A stretch of 64,000 nucleotides of DNA from contig JANNVX010000098.1 in assembly GCA_031414595.1 (NCBI GenBank), positions 64,001 to 128,000 on the forward strand. The letters are read 5' to 3'. The position numbers were made by a program, and so were the translations under genes. Within the stretch, counting starts at the first letter, position 1. Each line of letters opens with the position of its first letter. This stretch comes from Deinococcales bacterium (GTDB lineage: Bacteria; Deinococcota; Deinococci; Deinococcales; JAAFIG01). The notes beneath the pieces are model-generated. The model ran no database searches and had not been told where the DNA came from. It saw nothing but the letters and a program-made list of their open reading frames with translations. This document shows positions 37,137 to 47,768 of the stretch, piece after piece.

Positions 37137-40100
37137 TCATTCGCTCGAGAGTTGTGCCAATAATTTTGCTTGTTCTAAAACAGTATTTGTCGCTGCTTCT
37201 TGTTGCTCTGGTGGATAGCCATACTTACGCAGTACCCGTTTAACCAAACGTCGTAAATTTGCTTGGACTTGTTCACGTACCGCCCAATCAATCGTGGTGT
37301 TATTACGAACAGTTTGTGCTACTTCTAAGGCAATGGTTCGCAGCACATCATCTGCCATGATTTGGTTAGAATCACCGTCTTGCAAGGCATCATAAAAGGC
37401 AATTTCATCCTCGGCAAGCCCCAATGTCTCACTTCGGCTCTGCACATCACGGTAGGCTCGAGCCAAGGCAATTAATTCCTCAATCACTTGGGCGGTTTCT
37501 ATCGCCCGATTCTGATACTTTAACAACGCAGCCTCGAGTTTTTGCGAAAAAGCCTTGGATTGAACCAAATTGCGTTTAGACCCTGTTTTAACTTCATCTT
37601 TCATTAAACGCTCGAGCAGTTCCACGGCTAAATTACGTTGCGGCATATTCTGAACTTCTGCTAGAAATGATTCAGATAAAATACTGATGTCGGGTTTTTT
37701 TAAGCCAGCCGCCGCGAAAATATCAATCACGCCTTCGGGAGCAACCGCACGTTCAACCAAGCGCTGAATTGCATCGTGCAAATCTGAACTGGCAGCTTGA
37801 CTACTTGTTCCGACACGTTTCTCGAAGGTCGCACGCACGGTTTGAAAAAATACAATTTCTTGACGCAATACAAGAGCTTCCTCGAGCGGCACAGATAACG
37901 CAAAGGCTTTCGCCAGTTCAAGCGAGGCTTTAATCAGGCGCTCCTTACCTTTTACTCGGTCTTGAGCCAAAATAAAATCCTGAGCTTCGGGCAGAATTGC
38001 CACGCGGTCAGACGGTGAACCGCTCATAAAATCCGAGTAATCAAAACCATGAAATAAACCACGGCAAATCGAAAGTTTTTCTTGTAAAACCGCAAAAGCT
38101 GCTTCTTGGTCAAGGGTTGGTGCGCCCTGACCGCCGCTACTGGTGTACGTGACCAGTGCCTCACGCAAATTATTGGCTAAACCAAGGTAATCCACCACCA
38201 AACCACCGGGCTTATTACTAAAAACCCGATTGACTCGAGCGATTGCCTGCATTAACCCATGACCACGCATTGGTTTATCCAAGTACATCGTGTGCAAACA
38301 AGGCACATCAAAACCTGTCAGCCACATATCACGCACAATCACCAATTTAAGATTTGAACGATCATCCCGAAAATGCTCGGCAATCGCACGCTGTCGCGCT
38401 TTAGAACGAATATGCGGCTGCCAATTGTCAGGGTCAGAAGCTGCGCCTGTCATCACCACTTTAAGCACACCATCGGTATCGGTTGCGCCAAACCACGCAG
38501 GACGAAGTTTAATCAGTTCATTGTACAAATCCACACAAATACGGCGACTCATACAGACAATCATGCCTTTACCAAGCAGCACTTCTTGCCGAGCTTCAAA
38601 ATGCTGAACTAAATCGGCGGCAATTTGCTCGAGCCGTTTTTTCGTACCAATCAGCGCCTCGAGTTGCGCCCATTTGGATTTTAGTTTTTCTTTACTAAAA
38701 GCCTCTTCTCCTTCGGTTACTTCTTCAAAACCATCATCTAAACGCGGTTTTTCCGACTCGAGCAAATCGAGTTTGGCTAACCTGGACTCATAATAAATCG
38801 GCACAGTTGCGCCATCATCCACTGCCCGTTGCACATCATAAATGTCTATGTACTCACCAAAAATACCACGGGTATTCTTATCGGTACTTTCGACTGGTGT
38901 ACCCGTAAAACCAAGAAACGTGGCATTTGGTAAGGCATCGCGCACATTTTGGGCAAATCCATAACGCAAATCGCCTGTTTGCAAATCCACTTTGGCTTCA
39001 AACCCATACTGGCTACGATGCGCTTCATCGGCAATCACCACGATATTGCGCCGAGGCGACAATTGCGGGAATTTATCACCGCGTTCTTCGGGTAAAAATT
39101 TTTGAATCGTGGTAAAAACCACACCGCCCGCTTCACGCTCGAGCAACAGCCGTAAGTCTGCCCTGTTACCCGCTTGCACAGGGGTTTGACGCAGTAAATC
39201 CTTGCACCTCGAGAAAGTCCCAAACAGTTGGTCGTCTAAATCGTTACGGTCGGTTAAAATGACAATGGTTGGGCTTGCCAGTGCTGCGCTCTGCACCAAG
39301 CCACCCGCAAAGAACACCATCGTTAAACTCTTACCACTTCCTTGGGTATGCCAAACCACACCGCCCTTACCATCACCAATTGCGCTCGAAGCTGCCACGG
39401 TACTTTGCAAGGCTTTTTGCACCGCAAAAAACTGATGATACGCTGCAATTTTCTTATTAATACTCGAGCCGAAATCCTCGAACACAATAAAACCACGCAA
39501 AAACGCCAGTAAGCGCGAGCGTTCAAACACACCCTTAATCAAAGTCTCGAGCGATTCAGACAGCAACTCCGTACCAGACACGGTTTTCCACGGCACAAAA
39601 CGCTCCATTTCTGCGCCAACACAACCAAGCCGTGCCTGCACCCCATCGGAAATGACCAGCAGGGCATTAAAAATAAACAACCGACTAATCTGGTTCTGAT
39701 AGGTTCTAAGCTGCTGATAGGCATTTTCGATGGTGGCTTTACTGTCCGCCGCGTTTTTAAGTTCAATTACGGCAATTGGTAAACCGTTCAGGTAAACCAC
39801 AACATCTGGGCGGCGGTTAATCTGCCCATCTATCACCGTTAATTGATTGACCACCAACCAATTGTTGGCATCTGGATTTTGCCAATCTACCAGCCGCACC
39901 AAAAAACCACGCAGCCCACCATCTTGCAGCACCTCGGTTTCGACACCCTCGGCAAGCAACTTATGAAACGCCCGATTGTTTTGCATTAATGCCGGAAATT
40001 CAGGCGTAGACACACGCCGCACGGCTTCCTCGAGCGCCAAATCTGGGGCAGTTGGATTCAAACGCCGCAACGCATCCCGCAAACGCCCAAGCAGTAATAC

Positions 40101-40232
40101 TTCACGAAAAGATCCGCGTTCGGCACATTTTTCTTCTGGCGCAATACTCGGACCAAATTCGTACTCGTAACCAAGACCGCGCAACCACTCGAGCGAGGCT
40201 TGTTCAACAGTATTTTCGTTAAAAGAAGGCAT
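37137..40232 (-). CDS. hsdR: Type I restriction enzyme subunit R
   Basis: [47 protein letters not shown]. Confidence 0.96.
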   Translation of the reverse strand: MPSFNENTVEQASLEWLRGLGYEYEFGPSIAPEEKCAERGSFREVLLLGRLRDALRRLNPTAPDLALEEAVRRVSTPEFPALMQNNRAFHKLLAEGVETEVLQDGGLRGFLVRLVDWQNPDANNWLVVNQLTVIDGQINRRPDVVVYLNGLPIAVIELKNAADSKATIENAYQQLRTYQNQISRLFIFNALLVISDGVQARLGCVGAEMERFVPWKTVSGTELLSESLETLIKGVFERSRLLAFLRGFIVFEDFGSSINKKIAAYHQFFAVQKALQSTVAASSAIGDGKGGVVWHTQGSGKSLTMVFFAGGLVQSAALASPTIVILTDRNDLDDQLFGTFSRCKDLLRQTPVQAGNRADLRLLLEREAGGVVFTTIQKFLPEERGDKFPQLSPRRNIVVIADEAHRSQYGFEAKVDLQTGDLRYGFAQNVRDALPNATFLGFTGTPVESTDKNTRGIFGEYIDIYDVQRAVDDGATVPIYYESRLAKLDLLESEKPRLDDGFEEVTEGEEAFSKEKLKSKWAQLEALIGTKKRLEQIAADLVQHFEARQEVLLGKGMIVCMSRRICVDLYNELIKLRPAWFGATDTDGVLKVVMTGAASDPDNWQPHIRSKARQRAIAEHFRDDRSNLKLVIVRDMWLTGFDVPCLHTMYLDKPMRGHGLMQAIARVNRVFSNKPGGLVVDYLGLANNLREALVTYTSSGGQGAPTLDQEAAFAVLQEKLSICRGLFHGFDYSDFMSGSPSDRVAILPEAQDFILAQDRVKGKERLIKASLELAKAFALSVPLEEALVLRQEIVFFQTVRATFEKRVGTSSQAASSDLHDAIQRLVERAVAPEGVIDIFAAAGLKKPDISILSESFLAEVQNMPQRNLAVELLERLMKDEVKTGSKRNLVQSKAFSQKLEAALLKYQNRAIETAQVIEELIALARAYRDVQSRSETLGLAEDEIAFYDALQDGDSNQIMADDVLRTIALEVAQTVRNNTTIDWAVREQVQANLRRLVKRVLRKYGYPPEQQEAATNTVLEQAKLLAQLSSE

Positions 40233-40342
40233 TAAAAAAGATTATCGCACATTTGCAGCACAAGACAGATTTTGCTATAATTTTTGTAGTCTCATCTACC
40301 AAGCTGTAGAAAGAGCGTTCGGGGTCGTCCAAAAGGGCGACC

Positions 40343-40609
40343 CTAGTTTTTAGAATTCTCGAGTTGATGTGCCTTCGTGAGCGCAAACTGACTCTCGAGA
40401 TTAAGCCAAAAGACGGCTGGCACACGCAAAGCCACCTCTAATTGCAAAGCGGTTTCTGGTGTAATGGACTTTGTACCCTGAATAATTTCGTTAATTGCTG
40501 TGGCAGGTCTGCCCATGCGCCGTGCCAAATCAGCTTGGGTCATACCAAAGCCCTCTAAAATCTCAGCAATGTACTTACCTGGAGCAATAGCCAAATCCGA
40601 GTACAACAC
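40343..40609 (-). CDS. higA: HigA-family addiction module antidote (HTH), no adjacent toxin
   Basis: APGKYIAE.LE..GMTQADLARRMG...INEIIQG...ITPETALQLE...FWLNLE; GTG start after GAGGAGGTG. Confidence 0.8.
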   Translation of the reverse strand: MLYSDLAIAPGKYIAEILEGFGMTQADLARRMGRPATAINEIIQGTKSITPETALQLEVALRVPAVFWLNLESQFALTKAHQLENSKN

Positions 40610-40613
40610 GTTA

Positions 40614-40688
40614 TCACCTCCTCGAGTCAAACCAAACGATGAACATCCAATTCCCCAGAAAGCAATTTGGGAAGCAAAAAATCTCGAG
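40614..40688 (-). repeat. Diverged duplicate of the hsdS 3' end (41506-41580)
   Basis: Encodes RDFLLPKLLSGELDVHRLV* vs RDSLLPKLLSGELDVGNLV* in hsdS. Confidence 0.92.
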
Positions 40689-40745
40689 CGTAGCTTGTTC
40701 AACAGTATTTTCGTCAAAAGAAGGCATTGCAAAGATTATCGCACA
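40683..40745 (-). repeat. Diverged duplicate of the hsdR 5' end (40188-40251)
   Basis: Encodes MPSFDENTVEQATLE vs [15 protein letters not shown], plus shared upstream sequence. Confidence 0.92.
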
Positions 40746-40754
40746 AAAGAAAAA

Positions 40755-41372
40755 TCACCATGTTGTTGGCTTCAGAATTAGAGTACCTAAACCACCCACA
40801 ACAGAATTCGGCAATTGAGCCTTAGATAACTTATCAAGGGGTAACGTAGCGTTCTTATCAGCAGCACTTCGTAATTCTCGAGCCGCCCCACGCATTTTAT
40901 CTCGAGCAGGAACGTAGACCGTTATTTTTATACTCGGAAAACGCTGTTTAATCAACCGTATTGTTGGCACAAGATCAGAATCACCACTGACCAAAACCAT
41001 ACGATCACACAAACCCCTGTACGCATCATCTAACATTCGCAAAGCAATGTTGACATCCGTACCTTTTTCCTCTGGCATCTGAAATTCTTTAAGCCCACCA
41101 AAAGAACAACCTGAAACACGACACTTCACTTTTTTAGTTTTGAATAAACCATATTCAATTTGCAACTTCTGAGAAGCAGCTTCAAGCGCTTGCAAGTAAG
41201 TTGTTTGGTCAGGAGTACCTGTTCGAGCCGTAAAATACCAAACTTGCTGAATGATGTCATCTTGTCGAATCAAACTAAATAATTTCTCGAGGTCAAGCCA
41301 TTTTTCAGACGAACCTTTTAACGCTCCGTAGTACAAGTTGAAACCATCAATATAAATAATACTTCGATTCAT
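40755..41372 (-). CDS. NYN (LabA/DUF88, PIN-like) domain nuclease
   Basis: YIDGFNLYYG, EEKGTDVNIA, LVSGDSDLVP. Confidence 0.92.
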   Translation of the reverse strand: MNRSIIYIDGFNLYYGALKGSSEKWLDLEKLFSLIRQDDIIQQVWYFTARTGTPDQTTYLQALEAASQKLQIEYGLFKTKKVKCRVSGCSFGGLKEFQMPEEKGTDVNIALRMLDDAYRGLCDRMVLVSGDSDLVPTIRLIKQRFPSIKITVYVPARDKMRGAARELRSAADKNATLPLDKLSKAQLPNSVVGGLGTLILKPTTW

Positions 41373-41397
41373 TCTGTTATGTCCTAAATCAACTTAT

Positions 41398-41424
41398 AAA
41401 AAAAAGGCAGCCACTGGAGCTGCC
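41398..41424 (-). terminator. Intrinsic terminator in the NYN gene leader
   Basis: Minus strand GGCAGC-TCCAGTG-GCTGCC followed by T8. Confidence 0.8.
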
Positions 41425-41448
41425 CAACCGGTTGCCCGGGGAGTTGTG
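41398..41448 (-). ncRNA. Candidate ~50-nt small RNA / attenuator upstream of the NYN gene
   Basis: Lies between a consensus promoter and the terminator; contains a CCGG-GCAA-CCGG GNRA hairpin. Confidence 0.45.
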
Positions 41449-41453
41449 ACAAG

Positions 41454-41482
41454 AATCTACAAGAAGCATCTTGATTTGTCAA
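41454..41482 (-). promoter_or_regulatory. Sigma70 promoter for the NYN leader
   Basis: Minus strand TTGACA-17 nt-TAGATT; -35 flanked by inverted repeat AGCATCTTG/CAAGATGCT (41465-41496). Confidence 0.7.
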
Positions 41483-41518
41483 CTAACCAAGATGCTCACA
41501 AATGCTCACCTCCTCGAG

Positions 41519-42730
41519 TTAAACCAAATTGCCAACATCCAATTCCCCAGAAAGCAACTTAGGAAGCAATGAATCTCGAGTCGTAGAAAGTCGTACAGAC
41601 TCCAAGCGATTTTCAAGGGACTTCTCATATAAAGGCTGAACAGCTTCTGAAAACCTAAATGCTATCTCTGGTGACGGAACAATGATTTCTGCTTGTAGTA
41701 CATCGTTAGGTCTTGCACGTTGATGACTTTTGGATGTTCCTGTAACTTTTGACGCAAAGATACCTGTGAAAAAATCAGAATTTAAGATGCCATGGACAAA
41801 GAATTTTACCTGCAAATCTCGAGGCATCACAACTAAAAATTCTGTTGAGGCAATAGCGCGACGTTCAGGGTGAATAACAGTCAACCAAACTCGAGGGGTT
41901 TCTGGATTTAATTTCGATACAAGAATAGAATCTGACTGAACCATAAATTTATTACTAAGAATAGACACGCCTAAGTCTTGCATTGGTATTTGTCCAGCAT
42001 CAAAAGCAGGTAAACTAAAATGATCAAAAAGCTCATCTGGAAAAGCCTGCGGGGTCAGTGTTGCTTTTGACAATGTAATAAACTTCTCAAGTGTTCCAAC
42101 CTCCCAGCCTTCTGGAATTTCGCCCATGCTCGAGCTAACAAAAGCACTTGGAAATAACGCTGCCGTAGCCGCATCCACACCCTTTGGCTCGAGACCAAGC
42201 GCTTTGGCTCTGACCACATCAAAATTCACAAACCAAGATTTGAAAAGCGTTTGTGCCATTGCCTCGAGTGTTGCGTTGGTACGGCGGTTCAGTTCGATTT
42301 TATCATCTAAAGCCCCGAGGATGAAAGCGATTTTCTTTTGGGTCTCGAGGGGTGGGAGGTAAACTTTATAAAGATGGACATGATTCCGATTGATTCCAGG
42401 AACGCTGCTTTTGTCATTGAATTGTTGGAAGTCCAATGTTTTCAAAAGATAGTAAACAAAGTGTGGTTCGTTACCATGAAAATCTTTCACCCATAAAGTT
42501 GTGTTCAAAGGAAAGAAATCTTCTTCAATAAAAAATACTTGACCAATTGTTCCGTATCGTCCTGTAACAACACCAGGAGCAGTAACTCGAGCTTCATTAT
42601 GTGTATCTGTTTTACCAGAAGAAGAAATTATCGGAATATTCCCCAACTTTCGATTCTGCTGTGGTAAATCAAAACCTCTTTGTAAAGTCGCAACTTCACC
42701 AAGTGTTATCTCGAGCCAATCCGCATTCAT
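41519..42730 (-). CDS. hsdS: Type I restriction enzyme specificity subunit
   Basis: PPLETQKKIA.IL.ALDDKIELN, EIPEGWEV, RDSLLPKLLSGE. Confidence 0.95.
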   Translation of the reverse strand: MNADWLEITLGEVATLQRGFDLPQQNRKLGNIPIISSSGKTDTHNEARVTAPGVVTGRYGTIGQVFFIEEDFFPLNTTLWVKDFHGNEPHFVYYLLKTLDFQQFNDKSSVPGINRNHVHLYKVYLPPLETQKKIAFILGALDDKIELNRRTNATLEAMAQTLFKSWFVNFDVVRAKALGLEPKGVDAATAALFPSAFVSSSMGEIPEGWEVGTLEKFITLSKATLTPQAFPDELFDHFSLPAFDAGQIPMQDLGVSILSNKFMVQSDSILVSKLNPETPRVWLTVIHPERRAIASTEFLVVMPRDLQVKFFVHGILNSDFFTGIFASKVTGTSKSHQRARPNDVLQAEIIVPSPEIAFRFSEAVQPLYEKSLENRLESVRLSTTRDSLLPKLLSGELDVGNLV

Positions 42731-42763
42731 GTCTTCGCCTTGTCTCGAGCAGGTAAAAAATAA

Positions 42764-43468
42764 TTACCGCACATGAAAATCCACTCCCAATTTTACCAAT
42801 GCTGCTTCAACACCAATTACACCCCGCGTCTCGAGCCATTTTGTGGGGTTGTTGCGGATGTACCGCGCAATATTCCCAAACATCAGGTCATCACGCACAA
42901 TGACCTCATAATAATTACGTTGCCAAAAACGAACCCCAGAACGCCCCAAATGTTTATTTACCCCGATTGCCGAAATGGATTTGAACGCCCGTATAATTTC
43001 CGATAACGATGCGTGTTTTGTTTTGGTTGTCGTACTGGTTGGGGCGCTGGTTGGGGCGCTGCTTGCCGCGCCCTGCCCTTGACCCTGCCCTTTTAATCCC
43101 GCGTTAATGGGCGCAGCGAGCAGCGCCCCTACTACGGGATTTTGGTCATGGTCACGAACGGGATTTTGGTCATGGTCGTGTATGGGATTTTTGGGATTTG
43201 CCGGGTTGATGATAATAATGCCGTGTACATGGTCGGGCATGATCATAAATTCGTCGGTTTGGATATTAAATCGGTTTGGTAATTCGTTCCATGTGTTTTG
43301 GATAATTTGTCCTATTTCGGTTGGGTTTGCTGTGTTGTTTTGTATGATACTCAAAGTATCGTCGCGGTGTTCGGTACAAATCGTAATGAAGTACGCGCCA
43401 CTCGAGGTGTAGTCGTAGTTTTTTAGTCGAATACTTTGTCGGTGGCGCTTATTTGGGTTGTAGGGCAT
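42764..43468 (-). mobile_element. REP-associated tyrosine transposase (RAYT, IS200/Y1 HUH family)
   Basis: RQSIRLKNYDY...YFITICT, IMPDHVHGII (HUH), FKSIS, FWQRNYYE..VR, YIRNNP. Confidence 0.9.
43050..43132. repeat. REP doublet inside the RAYT coding sequence
   Basis: GTTGGGGCGCTGCTTGCCGCGCCC ... GGGCGCAGCGAGCAGCGCCCCTAC. Confidence 0.85.
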
Positions 43469-45023
43469 AGCCTAGTTTCTCCAAGTTGGTTTTTATTTGT
43501 TGCTCGAGTATTGCGCTTTGTGCAAATTGGCTGTGTAAGTCTTGGGTTAGTCGTTGCATTTTCTGCTCGAAAGGTTCGCTGTCTGGTTCTTGGGCTTCGA
43601 TGCCAACGTACCGTCCGGGGGTTAGGACGTATCCGTGGGTTTTGATTTCTTCTAGGTTGGCACTTTTGCAGTATCCGGCTTGGTCGGTGTATTGCCCGTG
43701 TCCGTCGCCGCGCCAGTTGTGGTAGGTGCTGGCGATTTGGGCAATGTCTGTGTCGGTAAAGTTGCGGTTGACCCTTGTTTCCATAAACCCAAGTTTTCGG
43801 GCATCTATAAAAAGGGTATGACCGCTTCGGTCACGCAAGGAGCGCCCCTCGAGTCCTCGTCCGTTTTTCTTGTTACGGGCGATAAACCATAAAGCTACGG
43901 GGATTTGAGTGGTGTAAAAAAGCTGTCCGGGCATGGAAACAATGCAGTCCACAAGGTCGGCTTCAATAATTCTCTGGCGGATGTCACCTTCGCCGCTCGA
44001 GTTACTGCTGAGCGAACCGTTAGCAAGCACAAATCCTGCAATCCCATTTGGAGCAAGGTGATAAATCATATGCTGCATCCATGCGTAATTGGCGTTGCTG
44101 TTAGGAGGTGTACCGTGTTGCCAGCGTCCGTCTTCTCGCAAGTTTTCGCCGCCCCAATCAGAAATGTTAAAGGGTGGGTTCGCCAGAATATAATCGGCGC
44201 GTAAATCTGGGTGCTGGTTGTTGTGGAAAGTATCGGCGTTTTGTGTGCCTAGATTTGCCTCGAGTCCGCGAATGGCAAGGTTCATTTTGGCAAGTTTCCA
44301 AGTGGTGGGGTTGCTTTCTTGTCCGTAAATACTGACATCGCCAATTTTTCCACCGTGGGCTTCGACGAACTTTTCGCTACTGACAAACATTCCGCCCGAG
44401 CCACAAGCAGGGTCATAGATTCGTCCTTTGTAGGGTGCAAGCATTTCAACAATCACCCGTACTACGCTGGTGGGGGTGTAGAATTCTCCACCGAGTTTAC
44501 CTTCGGCACTGGCAAATTTGGATAGAAAGTATTCGTAGACTCGCCCAAGCATATCTTTGCTCGAGTTTTTCTGATTTTGCCCAGCTTCGGCACTTGCCAT
44601 TTTCAGGTCACTAAATTTGTCTATCAGTTCACCGAGTTTGGTTTTGTCTAGGGTTGGTCGGGCAAAATCTTTGGGTAGTACACCTTTTAACTGCTTGGGA
44701 TTTTCGTTCTCGAGCAATTCCATGGCTTGGTCTATCAGTGTTCCAATTTTAGAATCCTTAGCGTTTTCTTGTAAGTAAATCCATCGTGCTTTGGGCGGAA
44801 CCCAAAAAATGCCTTCGGCGGCGTATTCGTCTCGGTCTTCGGCGGCTTCTATGCCAAATTCTTGTTTGATGCGCTCAAACTGTCCTGTGAAGGCATCTGA
44901 AATGTATTTTAGGAAAATGAGTCCGAGTACGATGTGTTTGTATTCGGCTGCGTCCATATGACCGCGTAGTTTATCGGCGGCTGCCCAAAGAATACTTTCA
45001 AACTGCCTGTTGGTGGTTTCCAT
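43449..45023 (-). CDS. hsdM: Type I restriction-modification methyltransferase subunit
   Basis: [33 protein letters not shown]. Confidence 0.96.
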   Translation of the reverse strand: METTNRQFESILWAAADKLRGHMDAAEYKHIVLGLIFLKYISDAFTGQFERIKQEFGIEAAEDRDEYAAEGIFWVPPKARWIYLQENAKDSKIGTLIDQAMELLENENPKQLKGVLPKDFARPTLDKTKLGELIDKFSDLKMASAEAGQNQKNSSKDMLGRVYEYFLSKFASAEGKLGGEFYTPTSVVRVIVEMLAPYKGRIYDPACGSGGMFVSSEKFVEAHGGKIGDVSIYGQESNPTTWKLAKMNLAIRGLEANLGTQNADTFHNNQHPDLRADYILANPPFNISDWGGENLREDGRWQHGTPPNSNANYAWMQHMIYHLAPNGIAGFVLANGSLSSNSSGEGDIRQRIIEADLVDCIVSMPGQLFYTTQIPVALWFIARNKKNGRGLEGRSLRDRSGHTLFIDARKLGFMETRVNRNFTDTDIAQIASTYHNWRGDGHGQYTDQAGYCKSANLEEIKTHGYVLTPGRYVGIEAQEPDSEPFEQKMQRLTQDLHSQFAQSAILEQQIKTNLEKLGYALQPK

Positions 45024-45042
45024 GTGTAGGCATTATGACAGA

Positions 45043-45666
45043 TTAAAACAGCTTGGTTTGCTCAATCTCGAGCGAGACTTCTTTTTTATCGGGCAGTTGC
45101 TCTAATTTCTCTTTGACTGCCTTTATATCTTGCCATGTCAGCCATTTAGGTCCACCAGTAGTTCGTACTGCGTTGCGTAATAAATAGGCTGGGTGAAACA
45201 TCGGCATTAGGGGTATCGGGATGCTGAGTCTCTTAAACTCCGTCCAAATCCCTCGGGTTTTGGTGATGCCTAGGGTTGTCCCTAGCGCCCATTGGGTCGG
45301 AACATTGCCAAGCGTGATGATGATTTTCGGCTGAATAAGCCGAATCTGCTCGAGTAACCAATCTTCACAAGCAATGATTTCGTCTGGTTCTGGGTTACGG
45401 TTGTTTGGTGGTCGGCATTTGACTACATTGGCGATGTACACTTCTTCTCGAGCAATGCCGACTGCTGCTAATATCTGGTCTAAGAGTTGCCCAGCTTGTC
45501 CAACAAATGGCTTTCCTATGCGGTCTTCTTCTTGTCCAGGTCCTTCGCCAATCAGAATAAGCCGCGCATTTAGATTACCGACACCAAAAACAACTTGTGT
45601 GCGGGTGTTTGCTAGTTTACAAGCGGTGCAAGTGCTGCAAGTATTCTTTAACTCCTCGAGATTCAT
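45043..45666 (-). CDS. Uracil-DNA glycosylase family 4
   Basis: C..C.L, GEGPG, NVVKCRPP.NR.P, FHPAYLLR. Confidence 0.92.
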   Translation of the reverse strand: MNLEELKNTCSTCTACKLANTRTQVVFGVGNLNARLILIGEGPGQEEDRIGKPFVGQAGQLLDQILAAVGIAREEVYIANVVKCRPPNNRNPEPDEIIACEDWLLEQIRLIQPKIIITLGNVPTQWALGTTLGITKTRGIWTEFKRLSIPIPLMPMFHPAYLLRNAVRTTGGPKWLTWQDIKAVKEKLEQLPDKKEVSLEIEQTKLF

Positions 45667-46406
45667 CGGTTAATCTCCTCGATTTGCACAATTTCCAAAT
45701 GCCAAAGTTTAAGTTGCTTGGCTCGAGCAATGGCTTTTTTGGTTTCTCTGGCACGAATTGCCTTCATAAAATTTGGGTCATGGGCAAGGCTGGTTAAGAC
45801 CCAGTAATCGCCCCAGATTTCTAAGCCCCATTCTTGGCGCATGACTTGACTGGCGGTTTGCCAAATATGTTCGCCCATTTCCTCGAGCGGCGCGATATAG
45901 TGGCTTGTGCCGTCGGTGACAGAATTGGCTTTAATTTGGCGCTGAAATGCTTGAGTTTCTGGTTTGCTCATCTGCTCGAGTGTACCAACTTTACAATAAT
46001 GCGAATCAAAGGCACTGTAGGTGTCGCGGCATCGGGCTGGACGGGCTTCATAGGCAGTACAGTTACCCGTGGTTTGGTCTAGGAGCGGACAAAAACCGAC
46101 CTGTGTGCGGTGCTGCCAAAAATAGGTATCCCAACTCGAGGCATTCTGGGCATTTTTAATCACTCGGGTTGCGTGTGACTGCATGGCTACCAGTTGTGCT
46201 GGACTGAGTAAATGAGCCGTATACACAGCTTCGGCAAGACTGATTTGAATCGGGAAATTACAGCAATTGGCGCATCCAGCCCGGCAAAAGACTTGCCCGC
46301 CTTGGCTGGTAAACCCTTTTATCCACTTGTTAGATTGGGTTTCGTAACTTGCATAAGCCTTGGCGAGGCTCGAGATGATAGGTTGGTCAGAAGCGCTGAG
46401 TGACAT
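45663..46406 (-). CDS. YkgJ family cysteine-cluster protein
   Basis: CRAGCANCC, CPLLD...C.AYEARPARCR. Confidence 0.8.
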   Translation of the reverse strand: MSLSASDQPIISSLAKAYASYETQSNKWIKGFTSQGGQVFCRAGCANCCNFPIQISLAEAVYTAHLLSPAQLVAMQSHATRVIKNAQNASSWDTYFWQHRTQVGFCPLLDQTTGNCTAYEARPARCRDTYSAFDSHYCKVGTLEQMSKPETQAFQRQIKANSVTDGTSHYIAPLEEMGEHIWQTASQVMRQEWGLEIWGDYWVLTSLAHDPNFMKAIRARETKKAIARAKQLKLWHLEIVQIEEINR

Positions 46407-46509
46407 CTACCGATTAGCATAACGCCTACAACGCTCAAAAGAGGGCAGTCTAAATTTTTTACCGCTCGAGACTTGAACATCATCACACACAAGCAGTTAC
46501 AATAGACCC

Positions 46510-47034
46510 GTGAATAAGAATTTAATCGGAATCCTTGTCGGTATTGGCATTTTGTTACTCGGCGCAATTTGGGTCAGCCGTAATCCAGTCGCAAGCTCGA
46601 GTAACCCCTCTAGCCCCACAGAAACACCCACACCAGCCTCAACCCCTGCTGCCAGTGCCATGTGTACCAATAAGCCAGCCGCCAACACCAGCTTAAAAGA
46701 CGCGGATGTCAAAGAACTTAAAAAAGAAGATGTCAAAATCGGTACGGGCGCAGAAGCTGTAGCTGGTAAAACCGTGGTGGTCAATTACATTGGGCGCTTA
46801 GTGAGCGGTAAACAATTTGACGCTTCATGTGACCGTGGACAACCCTTTGACTTTGTACTTGGCACAGGTGGTGTAATCCAAGGCTGGGATCAAGGTGTAG
46901 CCGGCATGAAAATTGGTGGTCAACGCCGCCTGATTATCCCCTCGAGCCTAGGTTACGGTGAAAATGGGGCTGGCGCAGATATTCTACCAAATGCGGCTTT
47001 GATTTTTGATGTTGAACTGCTCGAGGTACGCTAA
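46510..47034 (+). CDS. FKBP-type peptidyl-prolyl isomerase
   Basis: VNYIGRL..GKQFD, VIQGWDQGVAGMKIGGQRRLIIP, FDVELL. Confidence 0.93.
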   Translation: MNKNLIGILVGIGILLLGAIWVSRNPVASSSNPSSPTETPTPASTPAASAMCTNKPAANTSLKDADVKELKKEDVKIGTGAEAVAGKTVVVNYIGRLVSGKQFDASCDRGQPFDFVLGTGGVIQGWDQGVAGMKIGGQRRLIIPSSLGYGENGAGADILPNAALIFDVELLEVR

Positions 47035-47065
47035 ACTCATCCTGCTCGAGGTACGCTAAAACCTA

Positions 47066-47710
47066 CTATTTTATTCCCAGTTTCTCTTCGTATGCTTTGC
47101 GCCAACGCTCGGCAATTGGACTCGAGAGGGCGCGTTTCATATCCCGCTCGGAGGGTTTGGAGTAATGCCAGCGCATCAGTTCCATTAGGGTGACACTGCC
47201 ATTCATCCACGGTTGTAATGACACAGACTGCCCAACTTTTAAGATACCAGTCTCGAGGACACGGCAGTATGCACCGGGGCGTTCTGCTACGGCAAAATGC
47301 TTGACAAACGCGGTGTTTTCCATGCGTTGGGCTAACACATGACAGGGTATACGCGGGGCGGTGACTTCGAGAATAATCGGGTCATTTTCTGGATCGCCAA
47401 TAAAAATTCTGTCGCCAACGTGCAAATTGGCACTCTCAAAACCCGAAATGGTCAGGTTCTCACCAAACGTCCCCGGCTCGAGTTCACGACCAAGGGTGTC
47501 TATCCACCAATCATAATCTTGGGTGGTGTAAACATAGACAGCTTGGTCTGCACCGCCGTGATTTTTGCTGTCGGCAATGCAGTCTCCCTCGAGTCCCAAT
47601 TCGGTCAGAACAGCACTGTCTTTAGGGGTTTTATAAATTCCGGTGGTTAAACGCCGCTCCCCAATTTGCATTTCTTGGGCTAAGCCCACGTTGATACTGA
47701 CAATCTTCAC
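47066..47710 (-). CDS. MOSC domain protein (YiiM-like)
   Basis: TGIYK, HGGADQAV, FGENL, PRIPC. Confidence 0.88.
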   Translation of the reverse strand: MKIVSINVGLAQEMQIGERRLTTGIYKTPKDSAVLTELGLEGDCIADSKNHGGADQAVYVYTTQDYDWWIDTLGRELEPGTFGENLTISGFESANLHVGDRIFIGDPENDPIILEVTAPRIPCHVLAQRMENTAFVKHFAVAERPGAYCRVLETGILKVGQSVSLQPWMNGSVTLMELMRWHYSKPSERDMKRALSSPIAERWRKAYEEKLGIK

Positions 47711-47768
47711 ATCTGGAGCATACAGAATTACAGGTGAGAAAAGATACGCTTAAATAGGGGATACACTT

